Assembly: GCA_038870455.1 (NCBI GenBank)
Contig: JAWCPB010000002.1
Location: forward strand, 2,247-66,246
Source of the DNA: Candidatus Micrarchaeia archaeon
GTDB taxonomy: Archaea; Micrarchaeota; Micrarchaeia; Burarchaeales; JACRGF01
Direction of reading: 5' to 3'
Length of the DNA: 64,000 bases
Shown here: one piece after another, positions 25,040 to 36,078 of the stretch
Numbering within the stretch: position 1 is the stretch's first letter
How the letters are laid out: each line of letters begins with the position of its first letter
Position numbers and translations under genes: made by a program
The notes under the pieces: model-generated
The model's database searches: none
What the model was told of the DNA's origin: nothing
The model's input: the letters and a program-made list of their open reading frames with translations, nothing else

Positions 25040-27559
25040 TTGGCAGGCGTTGGCATTGAACTCAAGGTCGTCGAGGCGCTCCCGAACGATGTGGGGAGGG
25101 GGCTCGTGCGCATTGACAGCAGGGCGAGGAAGGAAATCGGCGCCACGACGGGCGACATAGTCGAGCTCAAGGGCAAGAGAAACACGGCGGCGGTGGTGTG
25201 GCAGGCGCATCCTCAGGACGAGGGGCTTAACATCATTCGCATGGACGGCTACCTGAGGCAGAACGCCGGCGTGGCCATAGGCGACAAGATTTTCGTGAGG
25301 AAGGCTGAGCTCAAGGAGGCCAAGAAGGTCATCCTGGCGCCCTCCCAGCCCATGAAGTACTCGCCGGGCTTCGACCAGTTCGTGAAGAAGAGGCTCATAG
25401 GGCGGGCGCTGACGAGGGGTGACACGATTTTTGTAGGGGTTTTCGGGACATCGTTCCCGCTCACCGCTGTCGTTGTGCAGCCCCAGGGCATCGTCATCGT
25501 CAACGAGGGCACGGACATCGTGCTCAAGACCGAGCCCATGAAGGAGGGCGGCCGCATTCCCAGCATTTCTTACGAGGACATAGGAGGGCTCAAGGAAGAG
25601 ATTCAGAAGATTCGCGAGATGGTGGAGCTTCCCATGCGTCATCCCGAGCTTTTCGAGCGGCTCGGCATCGAGGCGCCCAAGGGCGTGCTGATATACGGGC
25701 CTCCGGGCACGGGCAAGACGCTGCTCGCCAAAGCGGTCGCTTCAGAGAGCGAGGCCAACTTCATCTCCATCGGCGGGCCGGAGCTCGTGTCGAAGTTCGT
25801 GGGCGAGAGCGAGGAGAGGCTGCGCGCGCTGTTCAAGGAGGCTGAGGAGAACGCCCCCACCATCATCTTCATGGACGAGATCGACGCCATCGCGCCCAAG
25901 AGGGAGGAGGTCACGGGCGAGGTCGAGCGGCGTATGGTGAGCCAGCTGCTCTCGCTCATGGATGGTTTGAAAAGCCGCGGGCAAGTGATCGTCATCGGCG
26001 CCACCAACCGCCCCAACGCCATAGACCCTGCCCTGCGCAGGCCCGGGCGATTCGACCGCGAGATCGAAATCGGCGTGCCTGACCGCAATGCGCGCAAGGA
26101 AATACTGCAGATTCACACGCGCAACATGCCGTTGTACATAAACGACAAGCGCATCGTGCTCGAGAGCACGAAGATTGACGAGCGCAAGAAGGAGCGCCTG
26201 CGCGGGCTGTTCGAGGCCATCCCGGACAGCCTTGTCGACCTCCCAGACCTCAAGGAGCTCATCGAGAAGCACGAGGTTTCTGAGGCTCCCCTGAAGGCCA
26301 AGCTTCTCGAGCTCGTGGGCAGGGCGAAGAGCGACAGCGACATAGAGAAGGCTCTGTACGACATTCTTGGAGAGGGCGAGGGGAAGAAGCTGAGGCAGCT
26401 GCTGAGCGATGTGCTCGAGGCGCGGTACGATGCAGGCGTGGAGAAGGCGCTGCGCGAGGTGCTCAGCGAGGACGAGTACAAGAAGGTCAAGGACGAGCTG
26501 CTCGACCGTTTCATGGACGAGTTCGCTGCCGCCACACACGGCTACACCGGTGCCGACATCTCCTCGCTGTGCAAGGAGGCCGCCATGAAGGCACTGCGGC
26601 GCGTGCTGCCAAAGATCGACCTTGAGCAGGAGTTCGTTCCACCTAAGGTGCTCGAGGAGCTTAAGGTGACGCGCACGGATTTCACCAACGCCATGCGCGA
26701 GGTGCATCCAAGCGCGCTGCGCGAGGTTTTTGCCGAGGTCCCGAACGTCAGGTGGGTCGATGTGGGTGGGCTCGAGGAGGTCAAGAGGGAGCTGCGCGAG
26801 GCCGTCGAGCTTCCCATTCGCCACCCGGAGATCTTCTCGCGCATGGGCATCAGGCCGGTCAAGGGCATCCTCATGGTCGGCCTGCCGGGCACGGGCAAGA
26901 CGCTGCTCGCCAAAGCGGTCGCTACAGAGAGCGAGGCGAACTTCATCTCGGTCAAGGGGCCCGAATTTCTGTCTAAATGGGTGGGGGAATCGGAAAAGGC
27001 GGTGCGCGAGTTCTTCCGCAAGGCCAGGATGGCCGCGCCCTGCATCCTGTTCATCGACGAGATCGATGCCATCGCGGCCTACAGGGGAGCCGAGGAGGCC
27101 AGCTCGAGGGTCGGCGAGCGCATCGTCAACACGCTGCTCACCGAGATGGACGGCGTGCAGAACATCAAGAACGTCGTGGTGCTGGCGGCAACGAACCGCC
27201 CCGACATTCTCGACCCGGCGCTGCTGAGGGCCGGCCGCTTCGACAAGATCATCGAGATTCCGGCTCCGGACGAGCGCACGCGCCTCGAGATTTTCAAAGT
27301 TCACACGCGCAACATGCCGCTCGGCAAGGATGTCGATCTCAAGGAGCTGGCCAAGAAGACAAACGGCCTGACCGGCGCCGACATAGAGGGGATTTGCCGC
27401 GAGGCGGGCATGAACGCCATTCGCGAGAACATCGCCGCCACGGCGGTCGCGATGCGGCACTTCGAGGCCGCGCTCGCTTCCCTGCGGCCAACCGTCACCA
27501 AGGAGCATCTCGAGAGGATGCAGCGCTTCAAGGCCGGCGTTGAAAGCATGTACAGATGA
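25040..27559 (+). CDS. cdc48: CDC48/VCP-like AAA+ ATPase (two AAA domains) carrying an approximately 140-aa insertion in D1
   Basis: 839 aa. N-domain, then D1 ([27 protein letters not shown]) and D2 ([27 protein letters not shown]). Between IHTRNMPL and [21 protein letters not shown] there is a Lys/Glu-rich block (26125-26535) absent from canonical VAT/p97. Confidence 0.9.
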   Translation: MAGVGIELKVVEALPNDVGRGLVRIDSRARKEIGATTGDIVELKGKRNTAAVVWQAHPQDEGLNIIRMDGYLRQNAGVAIGDKIFVRKAELKEAKKVILAPSQPMKYSPGFDQFVKKRLIGRALTRGDTIFVGVFGTSFPLTAVVVQPQGIVIVNEGTDIVLKTEPMKEGGRIPSISYEDIGGLKEEIQKIREMVELPMRHPELFERLGIEAPKGVLIYGPPGTGKTLLAKAVASESEANFISIGGPELVSKFVGESEERLRALFKEAEENAPTIIFMDEIDAIAPKREEVTGEVERRMVSQLLSLMDGLKSRGQVIVIGATNRPNAIDPALRRPGRFDREIEIGVPDRNARKEILQIHTRNMPLYINDKRIVLESTKIDERKKERLRGLFEAIPDSLVDLPDLKELIEKHEVSEAPLKAKLLELVGRAKSDSDIEKALYDILGEGEGKKLRQLLSDVLEARYDAGVEKALREVLSEDEYKKVKDELLDRFMDEFAAATHGYTGADISSLCKEAAMKALRRVLPKIDLEQEFVPPKVLEELKVTRTDFTNAMREVHPSALREVFAEVPNVRWVDVGGLEEVKRELREAVELPIRHPEIFSRMGIRPVKGILMVGLPGTGKTLLAKAVATESEANFISVKGPEFLSKWVGESEKAVREFFRKARMAAPCILFIDEIDAIAAYRGAEEASSRVGERIVNTLLTEMDGVQNIKNVVVLAATNRPDILDPALLRAGRFDKIIEIPAPDERTRLEIFKVHTRNMPLGKDVDLKELAKKTNGLTGADIEGICREAGMNAIRENIAATAVAMRHFEAALASLRPTVTKEHLERMQRFKAGVESMYR

Positions 27560-27965
27560 TGCGATGCTCGCGCGCCTCGGCATTTTTCTCAAGGCGTTGC
27601 TGCTCACCGTAGCGTTCGCGCTGCTCGCGTATGCGCTCATTCCCGGCGCGTCGCTCGACACCCTGCTGAAGCTTCTCGCGGCCGCGCTCGGCGCCTCGCT
27701 GCTTGCGCCCCTGCTCTATCCTCACGTGAGGGGGGTGAGGAAAGGCGATGCCGTGCTGGTTTTCGCGGAGGGCGAGAGCATCCCTTTCGTGGGCTTCACC
27801 GTCAGGAACGGCGTGGCGCTCGAGGCCGGTCGGGCGGGCAGCACGATCAAAGTGGGTTTTCCTGACGGTACAGAGATGGCGTGCGAGATAGTCGGCTATC
27901 CTGGCGTCTTCACGCCGGCCAGGGCGCGGGTGGCACAGAAGCCCTTTGAGATAAAGGTGGTGTAG
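27540..27965 (+). CDS. Small membrane protein, tentatively NfeD-like (N-terminal TM helices plus C-terminal beta-rich domain)
   Basis: 141 aa. Two hydrophobic helices, then [39 protein letters not shown]. Overlaps the cdc48 end by 20 nt. Confidence 0.3.
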   Translation: MKACTDDAMLARLGIFLKALLLTVAFALLAYALIPGASLDTLLKLLAAALGASLLAPLLYPHVRGVRKGDAVLVFAEGESIPFVGFTVRNGVALEAGRAGSTIKVGFPDGTEMACEIVGYPGVFTPARARVAQKPFEIKVV

Positions 27966-27966
27966 C

Positions 27967-28614
27967 TTGCCCTTTGACTTTGAGGAGCTCCAACACATCG
28001 CGGTTTCTGTCGTTGCAATTTCCGCTGCCATCGCGATGGTTCAGGTCGGCCTACGAGGTTTTCTTTCCCTCTCTGTTGGTGAATCCATCTTTCTCTTCAC
28101 AATAATTTTCTTCACCACGGGGATAGGCTTTATCCTTCATGAGCTGGCCCACAAGTTCGCAGCCCAGCGGTTTGGCATTTACGCGGCCTACCGCGCCTGG
28201 CCGGCGGGCCTGCTGCTCATGCTGCTCTTTCCACTGCTGGGCCTTCGCTTTGTCTTCGCCGCGCCCGGCGCTACGTACATCTTCGCCTACCGCCTTTCGA
28301 GGAGGCAGAATGGCCTCGTCTCTCTCGCCGGCCCGCTGACCAACGCGCTGCTCGCGGCGGCTTTCTTCGTAGCCGCCTTCCTATACTTCGGCCTCGGGCT
28401 GCCAAACATCCTGCTCGTCCGCCTTCCCGCCCCGCTGGGCGCCTTTTCAGCCGTGGAGTTCTTCCTCACAGGCGCCGCCATCAACATGTGGCTGGGATTT
28501 TTCAACCTCCTCCCAATCTATCCTCTCGATGGCAGCAAGGTGCTGGCCTGGAACTGGATGGTTTGGGCGGCGCTGACCGGCACGCTTGGAGTTTTTCTAT
28601 TCTTCTTGTTCTGA
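27967..28614 (+). CDS. Site-2 protease family (peptidase M50) intramembrane metalloprotease
   Basis: 215 aa. HELAHKF (HExxH in a TM helix) and NLLPIYPLDGSKV (LDG motif). Confidence 0.8.
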   Translation: MPFDFEELQHIAVSVVAISAAIAMVQVGLRGFLSLSVGESIFLFTIIFFTTGIGFILHELAHKFAAQRFGIYAAYRAWPAGLLLMLLFPLLGLRFVFAAPGATYIFAYRLSRRQNGLVSLAGPLTNALLAAAFFVAAFLYFGLGLPNILLVRLPAPLGAFSAVEFFLTGAAINMWLGFFNLLPIYPLDGSKVLAWNWMVWAALTGTLGVFLFFLF

Positions 28615-28658
28615 CAGACCAGTTAGTTTTTTAAACTCCGGCAGGATAATCCCTGCGC

Positions 28659-28901
28659 GTGGGGGGCATGAGGGGACAGGTCTCGGCAGAGCTCATCATC
28701 GTCATCGCGGCGCTTCTCGCGGTCGCGATAATCCTTGTCGTGCAGCTTCAGAAGACGGCGCAGGAGGGAAGCCGGGCGGTGGGCAACCGCACCGCCCAGG
28801 TCATCGGACAGATCTGCGAGCTGGCGAGCTGTGAAAGCGATGCCGACTGTCCCTCCACCATGCGGTGCAATCCCGCCACAAAATGCTGTGAGACGCCGTG
28901 A
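28659..28901 (+). CDS. Class III signal peptide (archaeal type IV pilin-like) protein with Cys-rich C-terminus
   Basis: 80 aa. MRGQVSAELIIVIAALLAVAIILVV fits the prepilin-peptidase site (RGQ followed by a hydrophobic helix). C-terminus CELASCESDADCPSTMRCNPATKCCETP carries seven Cys. TATA-like ttttttaaact at 28631. Confidence 0.65.
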   Translation: MGGMRGQVSAELIIVIAALLAVAIILVVQLQKTAQEGSRAVGNRTAQVIGQICELASCESDADCPSTMRCNPATKCCETP

Positions 28902-28905
28902 TTGC

Positions 28906-29292
28906 TTGCGCGCGCAGGCGAGCCTCGAGTTCCTTTTTCTTCTCGCTGCCTTCCTTTCCTTTCTCGCGCTTCTTCTTCCGGCAATAAACGATTTTCAAAA
29001 GGCTGCGAGCGCCCGGCTTGATGCCGAGCTGGCCTTCCTCGCGGCCGGCGACGTCGCGAGCGCGGCGAGCGAGGTGTGTCAGGCAGGCGGGGGAAGTGCG
29101 CGGGAGGTTGAAGTGAAGCTGGGGCGTGAGGCGGAAATATACGGGGATAAAGAGTTTGTTGTTGTAAAGCTTCGGTCAAACAGTTCGTTCTCGCGCGCGG
29201 GCTGCGGTGTGGATGGCTCTGTTTCTGTCAATGGCACCGCGCGCCTGAAAGTCAGGAACGAGGGCGGGATAGCCAAGCTAGGCAATGCCTAG
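28906..29292 (+). CDS. Class III signal peptide (pilin-like) protein number 2
   Basis: Probable TTG start. LRAQASLEFLFLLAAFLSFLALLLPA fits the (K/R)(G/A)Q(A/S) plus hydrophobic class III signal. The long ORF-track 5' extension (28735) is unlikely. Confidence 0.5.
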   Translation: MRAQASLEFLFLLAAFLSFLALLLPAINDFQKAASARLDAELAFLAAGDVASAASEVCQAGGGSAREVEVKLGREAEIYGDKEFVVVKLRSNSSFSRAGCGVDGSVSVNGTARLKVRNEGGIAKLGNA

Positions 29293-29820
29293 CGCCGCCC
29301 CGACTTCCCTGGCGTTGAACGGTGGGGCGTTGATGATGGCCGACACGCCAGGCTGGATGACGAACGACACCGCCAGCAGCACGCCCGCGGTGAGGATGGC
29401 GACGGCCACGTTCCTTCTCTTCAGCTCTCTCACCTCGTCCATGTCGGCGGTTAGCGTGTCAAGCACCTTGAGCGCGAGGAAGAGCGAGGTGAGCGCCACG
29501 AGAAGGCTCCACACCAGTTTTACGAGCGCGAGTACAACCAGCAGGAGGATGAGGGGAGCGCTCAGCCCAGCCTTGAGCTGCGCCTCGAAGTCCATGAACC
29601 CTGTCTGGATGATGCCCGCCAGCGCGATGATGATGGCGGCGACAACGATCGCCACAGCGGCGTTTCCCTTCCTCAGCTCCTCCAGCTCATCGATTTCGGG
29701 CGTGAGGCGGTCGAACAGCTTAATGCCCAGGTAGATGGCCGAGGTGGCGTACACGAGGCCGAAGAAAAGCTCGAGCGCGCCCGCGGCGATCGCGGCGAGC
29801 ATCCCGACAGTCGAGGGCAT
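29278..29820 (-). CDS. DUF350-type membrane protein (two repeats)
   Basis: Internal ATG at 29820 gives about 180 aa. Two repeats each with TM helices flanking an acidic motif (DELEELRKGNAAVAIVVAA and DEVRELKRRNVAVAILTAG). Confidence 0.55.
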   Translation of the reverse strand: MPSTVGMLAAIAAGALELFFGLVYATSAIYLGIKLFDRLTPEIDELEELRKGNAAVAIVVAAIIIALAGIIQTGFMDFEAQLKAGLSAPLILLLVVLALVKLVWSLLVALTSLFLALKVLDTLTADMDEVRELKRRNVAVAILTAGVLLAVSFVIQPGVSAIINAPPFNAREVGAALGIA

Positions 29821-29870
29821 GCCAACACATGCACGTTGTGTTTTAAAAACGTTCAGCCCAAGTTTCACGC

Positions 29871-31049
29871 ATGCTTCAGATGGGTGTGGTGGGCGCGCCC
29901 AACAAGGGCAAGAGCACTTTCTTCGCAGCGGCGACGCTTGTCGATGTGCCGATCGCGGACTATCCATTCACCACGATAGAGGCGAACAGGGGTGTTACTT
30001 TCGTCAGGGCCGAATGCCCTCACAAGGCGCTGGGGCTGGCGGGCTGCAATGCAAGAAACAGCAGGTGCGTTGATGGCGTGCGCCTCATCCCCACCACGCT
30101 CATAGACGTTGCCGGCCTCGTGCCGGGCGCGCACCTCGGCCGGGGCATGGGCAACGCCTTTCTCAGCGACGTCGGCAAGGCGAATGCGCTCATCCAGGTT
30201 GTCGATGCCAGCGGCAGGACAGACCTGGAGGGGCGGCCGTGCGAGCGATGCGACCCCGGCGAGGAGGTGCGCATGCTCGAGGGCGAGGTGGCAGCCTGGA
30301 TTGCGAGCATTCTCAGGCGCGCCTGGCCGAAGATACGCGGGAAGGGGGCGGCCGAGCTTGAGGGAACGCTCAGCGGGCTGGGGATCGCGCGCAGCGACAT
30401 AGAGAAGGCGGCAGAGGCGTGCCACCTCTCCGTCATGGGCATCAACTGGAGCGAGGCCGACATTCTCGCCTTTGCGGCCGCGCTCAGGCAGGCCAGCAAG
30501 CCGGTCATCATAGCGGCAAACAAGATTGACCTCGATGGCGCCGCCGACAACCTGGCCGGGCTCCGCCGCGCCTTTCCCGATAAGAAAATCTTTCCCTGCT
30601 TCGCCGAGGGCGAGCTCGCCCTGCGCAGGGCCGCAGAAAAGGGGCTCGTCAAGTACGTTCCGGGAGACCCGGACTTTCGCATCACAGGAAGCGCGAGCGA
30701 GAGGCAGGTCGCCGCGCTCGAGAGCATCAGGTCCGTCATGAGGCGGCACGGCGGCACTGGCGTGCAGCCGCTCATCAACGAGGCCGCCTTCTCGCTCCTC
30801 AACCTCATCGTAGTCTATCCTGTCGAGGACGAGCACAAGCTTGCCGACCACTTCGGCAGCATCCTGCCCGACGCCCTGCTGCTGCCACGGGGCTCGACAG
30901 TGCTCGATCTCGCTGGCAAAATACACTCCGACCTCGCCGCTCACTTCATTCATGCGATTGACTGCAGGACACAGATGCGCGTGGGCAGGGAGCACGTGCT
31001 GCGCGATGGCGACGTTATAAAAATAGTCTCAGGCAAAGCCTCAAAATAG
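29871..31049 (+). CDS. Obg-like GTPase of the DRG/YchF type with C-terminal TGS domain
   Basis: 392 aa. GVVGAPNKGKST (G1), YPFTT (G2), DVAGLV (G3), ANKID (G4). C-terminal REHVLRDGDVIKIV TGS-like segment. Confidence 0.75.
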   Translation: MLQMGVVGAPNKGKSTFFAAATLVDVPIADYPFTTIEANRGVTFVRAECPHKALGLAGCNARNSRCVDGVRLIPTTLIDVAGLVPGAHLGRGMGNAFLSDVGKANALIQVVDASGRTDLEGRPCERCDPGEEVRMLEGEVAAWIASILRRAWPKIRGKGAAELEGTLSGLGIARSDIEKAAEACHLSVMGINWSEADILAFAAALRQASKPVIIAANKIDLDGAADNLAGLRRAFPDKKIFPCFAEGELALRRAAEKGLVKYVPGDPDFRITGSASERQVAALESIRSVMRRHGGTGVQPLINEAAFSLLNLIVVYPVEDEHKLADHFGSILPDALLLPRGSTVLDLAGKIHSDLAAHFIHAIDCRTQMRVGREHVLRDGDVIKIVSGKASK

Positions 31050-31082
31050 CTTTTTAAACTCTATACCCGAATAAGGCTGGGG

Positions 31083-31436
31083 GTGGTGTTGATGGCTGTA
31101 AGGAAAGCAGCGAGACCAGCTAAGCCGGTCAAGCCCGAGGTCGATGTCAGGACGATGAGTTTCGTGGCGTACATACTCGGCTGGCTGACAGGGCTTATCG
31201 TGTTCCTCATCGCCAAAGACAATGAGGAGCTGAAGTTCCACGGCATGCAGAGCATCCTGCTCAACGTCGCAACCATCGTGGTGGGCATGGTGCTTTCGAT
31301 CGTGTTGATCGGAATACTCGTGTTCCCGCTTGGATGGCTGTACGGCATTTACATCGGCTACAAGGCCTACCAGGGAGAGAGGGTGCTCGTGCCGGTGCTT
31401 GGAGAGTACGCGGAAAAGTTTGCGAAAGGGGGTTAG
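31083..31436 (+). CDS. DUF4870-type small membrane protein
   Basis: 117 aa. VAYILGWLTGLIVFLIAKDNEELKFHGMQSILLNV matches the DUF4870 pattern. Confidence 0.5.
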   Translation: MVLMAVRKAARPAKPVKPEVDVRTMSFVAYILGWLTGLIVFLIAKDNEELKFHGMQSILLNVATIVVGMVLSIVLIGILVFPLGWLYGIYIGYKAYQGERVLVPVLGEYAEKFAKGG

Positions 31437-32218
31437 GCCCCCTTCAGTTTTCTGACGAGCGCGGAGACCTCCCTCAGCCATTTTTTTTCAGTTCTCTCCG
31501 CGAGCGCGAGCTGGATGAAGGCGCTTCCAACGACAGCGCCGTCCGCACCGGCTTTCCTCAGCGCTTCGATGTGCTGTCGCCGGCTTATGCCGAAGCCCAC
31601 GCACAGGGGAACGCTCGGCGCGGCGGCCTTGGCGCGCTCGACGGCTTCCACGGTGATGCGCTTCAGGCTGCTCCTGGCTCCCGTCACGCCATAGTGCGCC
31701 ATGAGGTACAGGAAGCCGGTCGTGTGCCCGGCAATTTCCTTAATCCTCTCGCTGGGCGTGTTGGGCGCGATGATGAAACACGTCTTCACCCCTTTTTTTG
31801 CGCACGCGCGCTCTAAAGGCCCGCTCTCGTCTATGGGCAGGTCTGCGACCAACAGCGCCTCAGCGCCCGTCTCACTGGCTTTTGCCGCGAACTCCTCGAG
31901 CCCCATCTTGTAAATCAGGTTGTAGTATGTGAGCACTAAGCTCGGCGCCTTAATCCGCATTTCCTTCATCGCCCGCAGGCAGGCTCCAGGATTCGCTCCT
32001 TTGGACAACGCGGCCTGCCCGGCGGCTTGAATGGTGGGCCCGTCGGCGATTGGGTCTGTGAAGGGAATGCCGAACTCGATGATGTCCGCGCCCGCTCTCT
32101 CGAGCGCGGCGATGGCTCTCTTGCTGGCAGGCATGGATGGAAATCCGACCGGCCAGTACGCCACGAGCGCGATGTCGCCCTTCGCCCTTGCTCTCGCGAA
32201 CGCCTCTTCCAGGCTCAT
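31433..32218 (-). CDS. trpA: Tryptophan synthase alpha subunit
   Basis: [28 protein letters not shown]...[21 protein letters not shown]...CVGFGIS. ATG at 32218 overlaps the trpB stop (ATGA). Confidence 0.85.
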   Translation of the reverse strand: MSLEEAFARARAKGDIALVAYWPVGFPSMPASKRAIAALERAGADIIEFGIPFTDPIADGPTIQAAGQAALSKGANPGACLRAMKEMRIKAPSLVLTYYNLIYKMGLEEFAAKASETGAEALLVADLPIDESGPLERACAKKGVKTCFIIAPNTPSERIKEIAGHTTGFLYLMAHYGVTGARSSLKRITVEAVERAKAAAPSVPLCVGFGISRRQHIEALRKAGADGAVVGSAFIQLALAERTEKKWLREVSALVRKLKGA

Positions 32219-33408
32219 CGCCTCACCAGTCTCTGCATGGCTATGCCCATGTCCTTGTCCCCCCGTCCGCTCAGGCACACGGCAACGATGCCGTCCCTGG
32301 GCATGCCGCGCGCGATGCGGACAGCGTGGGCGAGCGCGTGCGCGCTCTCAAGCGCCGGGATGATGCCCTCCGTTTCTGAGAGCAGGGCGAACGCGGCAAG
32401 CGCCTGCTTGTCAGTGACCGCCACATAGCTCGCCCTGCGGCTTTCGCGGAGCAGGGCGTGCTCGGGCCCCACGCCAGGATAATCCAGTCCCGCGCTGACG
32501 CTGTGCGTGTCGAGAATAAGCCCCCACTTGTCCTGCAGCACGTAGCTGAGCGCGCCGTGCAGCACTCCCTCGCGCCCTGCGCACAGGCTCGCGGCGTGCC
32601 GGCCGCTCGCCAGCCCCTCGCCACCCGCCTCCACGCCGTGCAGCGCCACGCTGCCGTCTTCGATGAATGGATGAAAGAATCCAGCGGCGTTGCTGCCTCC
32701 TCCCACGCACGCCACGAGCGCGTCAGGCAGCCTTCCCTCCGCCTCGAGAATCTGCTCGCGCGCCTCCCTGCCTATGACGCTCTGGAAGTCCCGCACGATT
32801 CTCGGATAAGGATGCGGCCCCACCACCGAGCCGAGCAGGTAGTGCGTGTTGCCGATGTTTGTTATCCAGTCCCTGATGGCCTCGTTTATGGCATCCTTGA
32901 GCGTGCGTGCCCCGCTGCCAACGGGCCTCACGGTGGCTCCGAGCAGCTTCATCCTGAACACGTTCAGCTCCTGCCTCTTGACATCCACCTCGCCCATGTA
33001 AACGACGCACCGCAGGCCCAGCATGGCGGCCGCCGCGGCGGTGGCCACGCCATGCTGTCCGGCGCCCGTCTCGGCTATGACGCGCTGCTTGCCCATGTAC
33101 TTGGCCAGCAGCGCCTGGCCTATGCAGTTGTTGGCTTTGTGCGCGCCCAGATGGCACAGGTCCTCCCTCTTCAAGTAGATGCGCGCCCCGCCGACCTTTT
33201 TGGTGAGGTTGGCGGCGTAATAGAGGGGCGTGGGCCTGCCCACCCACTCCCTGAGCGCTGCCTTGAGCGTCCTCTGCTGCGTTTCATCGCGCATGAACTT
33301 TGCATACGCTGTCTCAAGCTCCCTGAGCGCTGGAATGAGCACTTCCGGAACGAATTTTCCTCCGTATTTGCCAAATCTTCCCCTGTCGTCAGGCCAGTCG
33401 TACGCCAT
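32215..33408 (-). CDS. trpB: Tryptophan synthase beta subunit
   Basis: [13 protein letters not shown]..., HLGAHKANN (PLP lysine), GSGSNAAG-like loops. ATG at 33408. The ORF-track N-extension is unlikely. Confidence 0.9.
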   Translation of the reverse strand: MAYDWPDDRGRFGKYGGKFVPEVLIPALRELETAYAKFMRDETQQRTLKAALREWVGRPTPLYYAANLTKKVGGARIYLKREDLCHLGAHKANNCIGQALLAKYMGKQRVIAETGAGQHGVATAAAAAMLGLRCVVYMGEVDVKRQELNVFRMKLLGATVRPVGSGARTLKDAINEAIRDWITNIGNTHYLLGSVVGPHPYPRIVRDFQSVIGREAREQILEAEGRLPDALVACVGGGSNAAGFFHPFIEDGSVALHGVEAGGEGLASGRHAASLCAGREGVLHGALSYVLQDKWGLILDTHSVSAGLDYPGVGPEHALLRESRRASYVAVTDKQALAAFALLSETEGIIPALESAHALAHAVRIARGMPRDGIVAVCLSGRGDKDMGIAMQRLVRR

Positions 33409-33413
33409 CCAAA

Positions 33414-33707
33414 TCACAGCCGATACACTTGAACGTGCGGCACTCCTTGAATCAGCACAACATCGCTTTTTTTCGCGAGCCCGCTTTCTATAACGAGCGC
33501 GACCGACTTTTTCCCAACTGCATTCACGCTCGATGCCCTGCCGAGCTCTGCGCGCGCGGCCTTCTCCTCCCCTCTCTTCCCGTAGAAGCCCGCGAACTTC
33601 TTGAGGTCGAGCACCCTCCCCCCTTCCCTGAAAACCATTCCAACAACCTCGTCGTCGCACAGCGCGAGGATGCGCGCTCCTCCCTTTGAATGAACGCGGA
33701 AGAGCAT
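33414..33707 (-). CDS. DUF424-family archaeal small protein
   Basis: 97 aa. [25 protein letters not shown]...[15 protein letters not shown] is typical of DUF424. Confidence 0.55.
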   Translation of the reverse strand: MLFRVHSKGGARILALCDDEVVGMVFREGGRVLDLKKFAGFYGKRGEEKAARAELGRASSVNAVGKKSVALVIESGLAKKSDVVLIQGVPHVQVYRL

Positions 33708-33731
33708 GGGAGGAATTGGCTGGGAGGATGT

Positions 33732-35300
33732 TTAAGCTTTTCGCGCCGGCGCGGTCGCGGCCCTGGCATCTGTGCTCAGGGCGAACACGGCCGCGCTCGA
33801 GAAGAGCCAGCCGTACCAGAAAAGCCAGAACCCACCTATCAGGTCAAGCCTGATGAACGAGATGGCCGCGAATAGCAGCAGCACGCCGGACAGCGCGCTC
33901 TCCCACTTTGTCTTCGCCACCGCGTCCGCCCAGCTCATGCTGTGCGCCGCCTGCCTCGTCATGACGAACCGCGTGGGCAGGCCGAGCAGCGCGACCGCGA
34001 TGGCCCTCGCCCTCGTCAGCGCCACTGCGAAGTTTATGAACATCACCATGAGCCCGAGGCGGTAGCTTCCGAAGTAGAGCTTGGCGCCAGCGACCACCAT
34101 GGCTATGATGGCCACCATGTAGGTGAGCGCGATGAAGTGCGCGAACTCAGGGATGAGCGCGAAGGAAAAGAATATCGTCGTGCTGAGGTTGAGCACCACG
34201 AAGGCGAGCGTCAGCAGCGCGTAGAATATGAAGAGGTAGGAGAGGTAGGCGAAGGAAAAGACCTGCGAGGCGTAGTGCAGCTGCTTGGCCAGCGGAATGC
34301 GTGCGATGTTTTTGAGGTAAGTCCATACCAGCCAGGTGTTGCCTATCGTGTACCTCCACTGCTGCGCCAGGAAGGTGGCGAAGCTCTCGATGGGCTCGCC
34401 GAGCGCGTACGCGCGCGGGTTGAATGCCCCTCCCATGCCCCGCAGGTCGGCCAGGAAGGAGAAGGCCGTGTCCTCAGTTGGCGAGGCCGGGAACCCGCCT
34501 ATCTTCTCCACCGCGCTCTTCCTTATGACGCCCGCGCTTCCGCAGAACATCCCGCTGCGATCGGCGCCCCTCACGGGCTGGACGAAATTATAGAAAAAGC
34601 TGTAGTAGGCGTTCACCGTGTTGGCAAACAGCGAGCCCGGCGCGTACTCCTTCCTCGTCTGCACGCTGGCGAGAGACGGGTCTGCCAGCAGGAAGCCGAT
34701 GTTCTCCTTGAGGAAGGCCGGGTTGACCAGCACGTCATCAGCATCGAAAAGCGCGATGAACTCTTCCTTTATGCTCGGAAGGAGTTTGTTGAGCGCGTAG
34801 CTCTTGAGCTTCACGGGATTGTGGATGAATGCATAGCGGATGCCGTGCCTGCGGCAGAAGCCCGCCAGCGCCGTGTCCGGCCTGTCCGAGTTGTCTATGA
34901 CATAATACGCAAGTTTTTCCCTCGGCCAATCCACCGCGAGCAGCGAGCGCAGCGTCTTCTCAACAGTTTCTAACTTCTCGTTTCTCGCCGGAACGACGAC
35001 CGCCACGCGCGGCAGCGAGCGAACGGGCGGGATTCTGACGCGCGCGGCCGAAAAAGAGGCGAGGTAATAATAGCAGCCGGCTATGTTGAACAGCGCATTG
35101 ACGGCAAGCAGCAGCACAAACACGCCGCCGAGCACCTTCTCGGCAGGCGAGCCCAGCACGAACAGCACGAGGTAGCACCCATAGCCCACCCCAACTAGTG
35201 AGATGGCCGTTATCAGGGAAGTGAGTGCATACCTTTTCCAAGCCGGGGTCTCCATGCCGGTTTTTTGGCAGGCTAATTTTATAAAGAGCCCCCTCAGCAC
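33732..35300 (-). CDS. Membrane-bound family-2 glycosyltransferase (cellulose-synthase-like/processive GT2)
   Basis: 522 aa. [31 protein letters not shown] and FDADD GT-A motifs, flanked by multiple TM helices. Confidence 0.75.
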   Translation of the reverse strand: MLRGLFIKLACQKTGMETPAWKRYALTSLITAISLVGVGYGCYLVLFVLGSPAEKVLGGVFVLLLAVNALFNIAGCYYYLASFSAARVRIPPVRSLPRVAVVVPARNEKLETVEKTLRSLLAVDWPREKLAYYVIDNSDRPDTALAGFCRRHGIRYAFIHNPVKLKSYALNKLLPSIKEEFIALFDADDVLVNPAFLKENIGFLLADPSLASVQTRKEYAPGSLFANTVNAYYSFFYNFVQPVRGADRSGMFCGSAGVIRKSAVEKIGGFPASPTEDTAFSFLADLRGMGGAFNPRAYALGEPIESFATFLAQQWRYTIGNTWLVWTYLKNIARIPLAKQLHYASQVFSFAYLSYLFIFYALLTLAFVVLNLSTTIFFSFALIPEFAHFIALTYMVAIIAMVVAGAKLYFGSYRLGLMVMFINFAVALTRARAIAVALLGLPTRFVMTRQAAHSMSWADAVAKTKWESALSGVLLLFAAISFIRLDLIGGFWLFWYGWLFSSAAVFALSTDARAATAPARKA

Positions 35301-35304
35301 ACCA

Positions 35305-36078
35305 TTACCTTAGCCCGGCCGCCCATCGCAGCGCGCAGGCCAGAAGCCCCGCATACTCCTTCACGCCCGTGAACAGCGAGGAGGTTTTGCTCGCACTCTT
35401 CGGCTCAATGGCGTAACTCACGCTGACCGGCGTGCTCTCAACGCGCAGCCCGCTCTCGAGGGCGTTGAACAGCATGCCCAGATCGGCATCAAAGCCGTCC
35501 TCCTCGAACCTCACCCTGTTTTTTCTGAGCGCGCGAAACCCGCACAGCGGGTCCCTGACGTGCGGCGCCCGCAACCCAACGATTGCGCGGATGAGCGCGT
35601 TGGCGAGCCTCCTGTGGAGCGGCAGCGCCGCCCTTCTGGCGAACCTGTCCCCGACCACAAGGTCAGCGCCATTCAGTTTCTGCAGCAGGGCCGGTATCTC
35701 GTAGGGAGAATGCTGGTTGTCGCCGTCCATGAGCACTATTTTCTCGGTGGGCGCGGTGCGCAGGCCGCTCCTCACCGCGGCTCCTTTTCCGAGGTTCCTC
35801 CAGTGCCTGACCACCCTGAAGCCAAATCGCTTTCCAATTTTTGCCGTCCTGTCGGTCGAGCCGTCGTCCACTATGATGACGTTCCGCGTCACCTTCCTCA
35901 GCCTCTCCAGGAGAAGCGGGAGGTTGGCGCTCTCGTTGTAGGCCGGAATGACCACGGTGTAATCGAAGGGGTCGCTCCTGTCCTCATTCGCCCTCTCCCT
36001 GTGCAGCTCGCTGGGCGGCGCGACAACCACTCTCTCAAGCAGCTCGCCGACAACAGCGCGGGCCCTTTTCCTCCTCAT
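35305..36078 (-). CDS. Family-2 glycosyltransferase, dolichyl-phosphate sugar synthase (Dpm1-like)
   Basis: 257 aa. YTVVIPAYNESANL...VIIVDDGSTDRTAKI...MDGDNQH. Confidence 0.8.
   Translation of the reverse strand: MRRKRARAVVGELLERVVVAPPSELHRERANEDRSDPFDYTVVIPAYNESANLPLLLERLRKVTRNVIIVDDGSTDRTAKIGKRFGFRVVRHWRNLGKGAAVRSGLRTAPTEKIVLMDGDNQHSPYEIPALLQKLNGADLVVGDRFARRAALPLHRRLANALIRAIVGLRAPHVRDPLCGFRALRKNRVRFEEDGFDADLGMLFNALESGLRVESTPVSVSYAIEPKSASKTSSLFTGVKEYAGLLACALRWAAGLR

Noticed and set aside
26110-26540. Intein in cdc48
   Set aside because: The insertion lacks an N-terminal Cys/Ser, the HN-C/S/T C-terminal junction and the endonuclease blocks. Its composition is a charged helix, not an intein.
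25742-27661. 639-aa minus-strand ORF across cdc48
   Set aside because: Antisense to an unmistakable CDC48.
32458-33432. 324-aa plus-strand ORF across trpB
   Set aside because: Antisense to trpB.
33942-34973. 343-aa plus-strand ORF across the GT2 membrane protein
   Set aside because: Antisense. Arg/Glu/His-rich.
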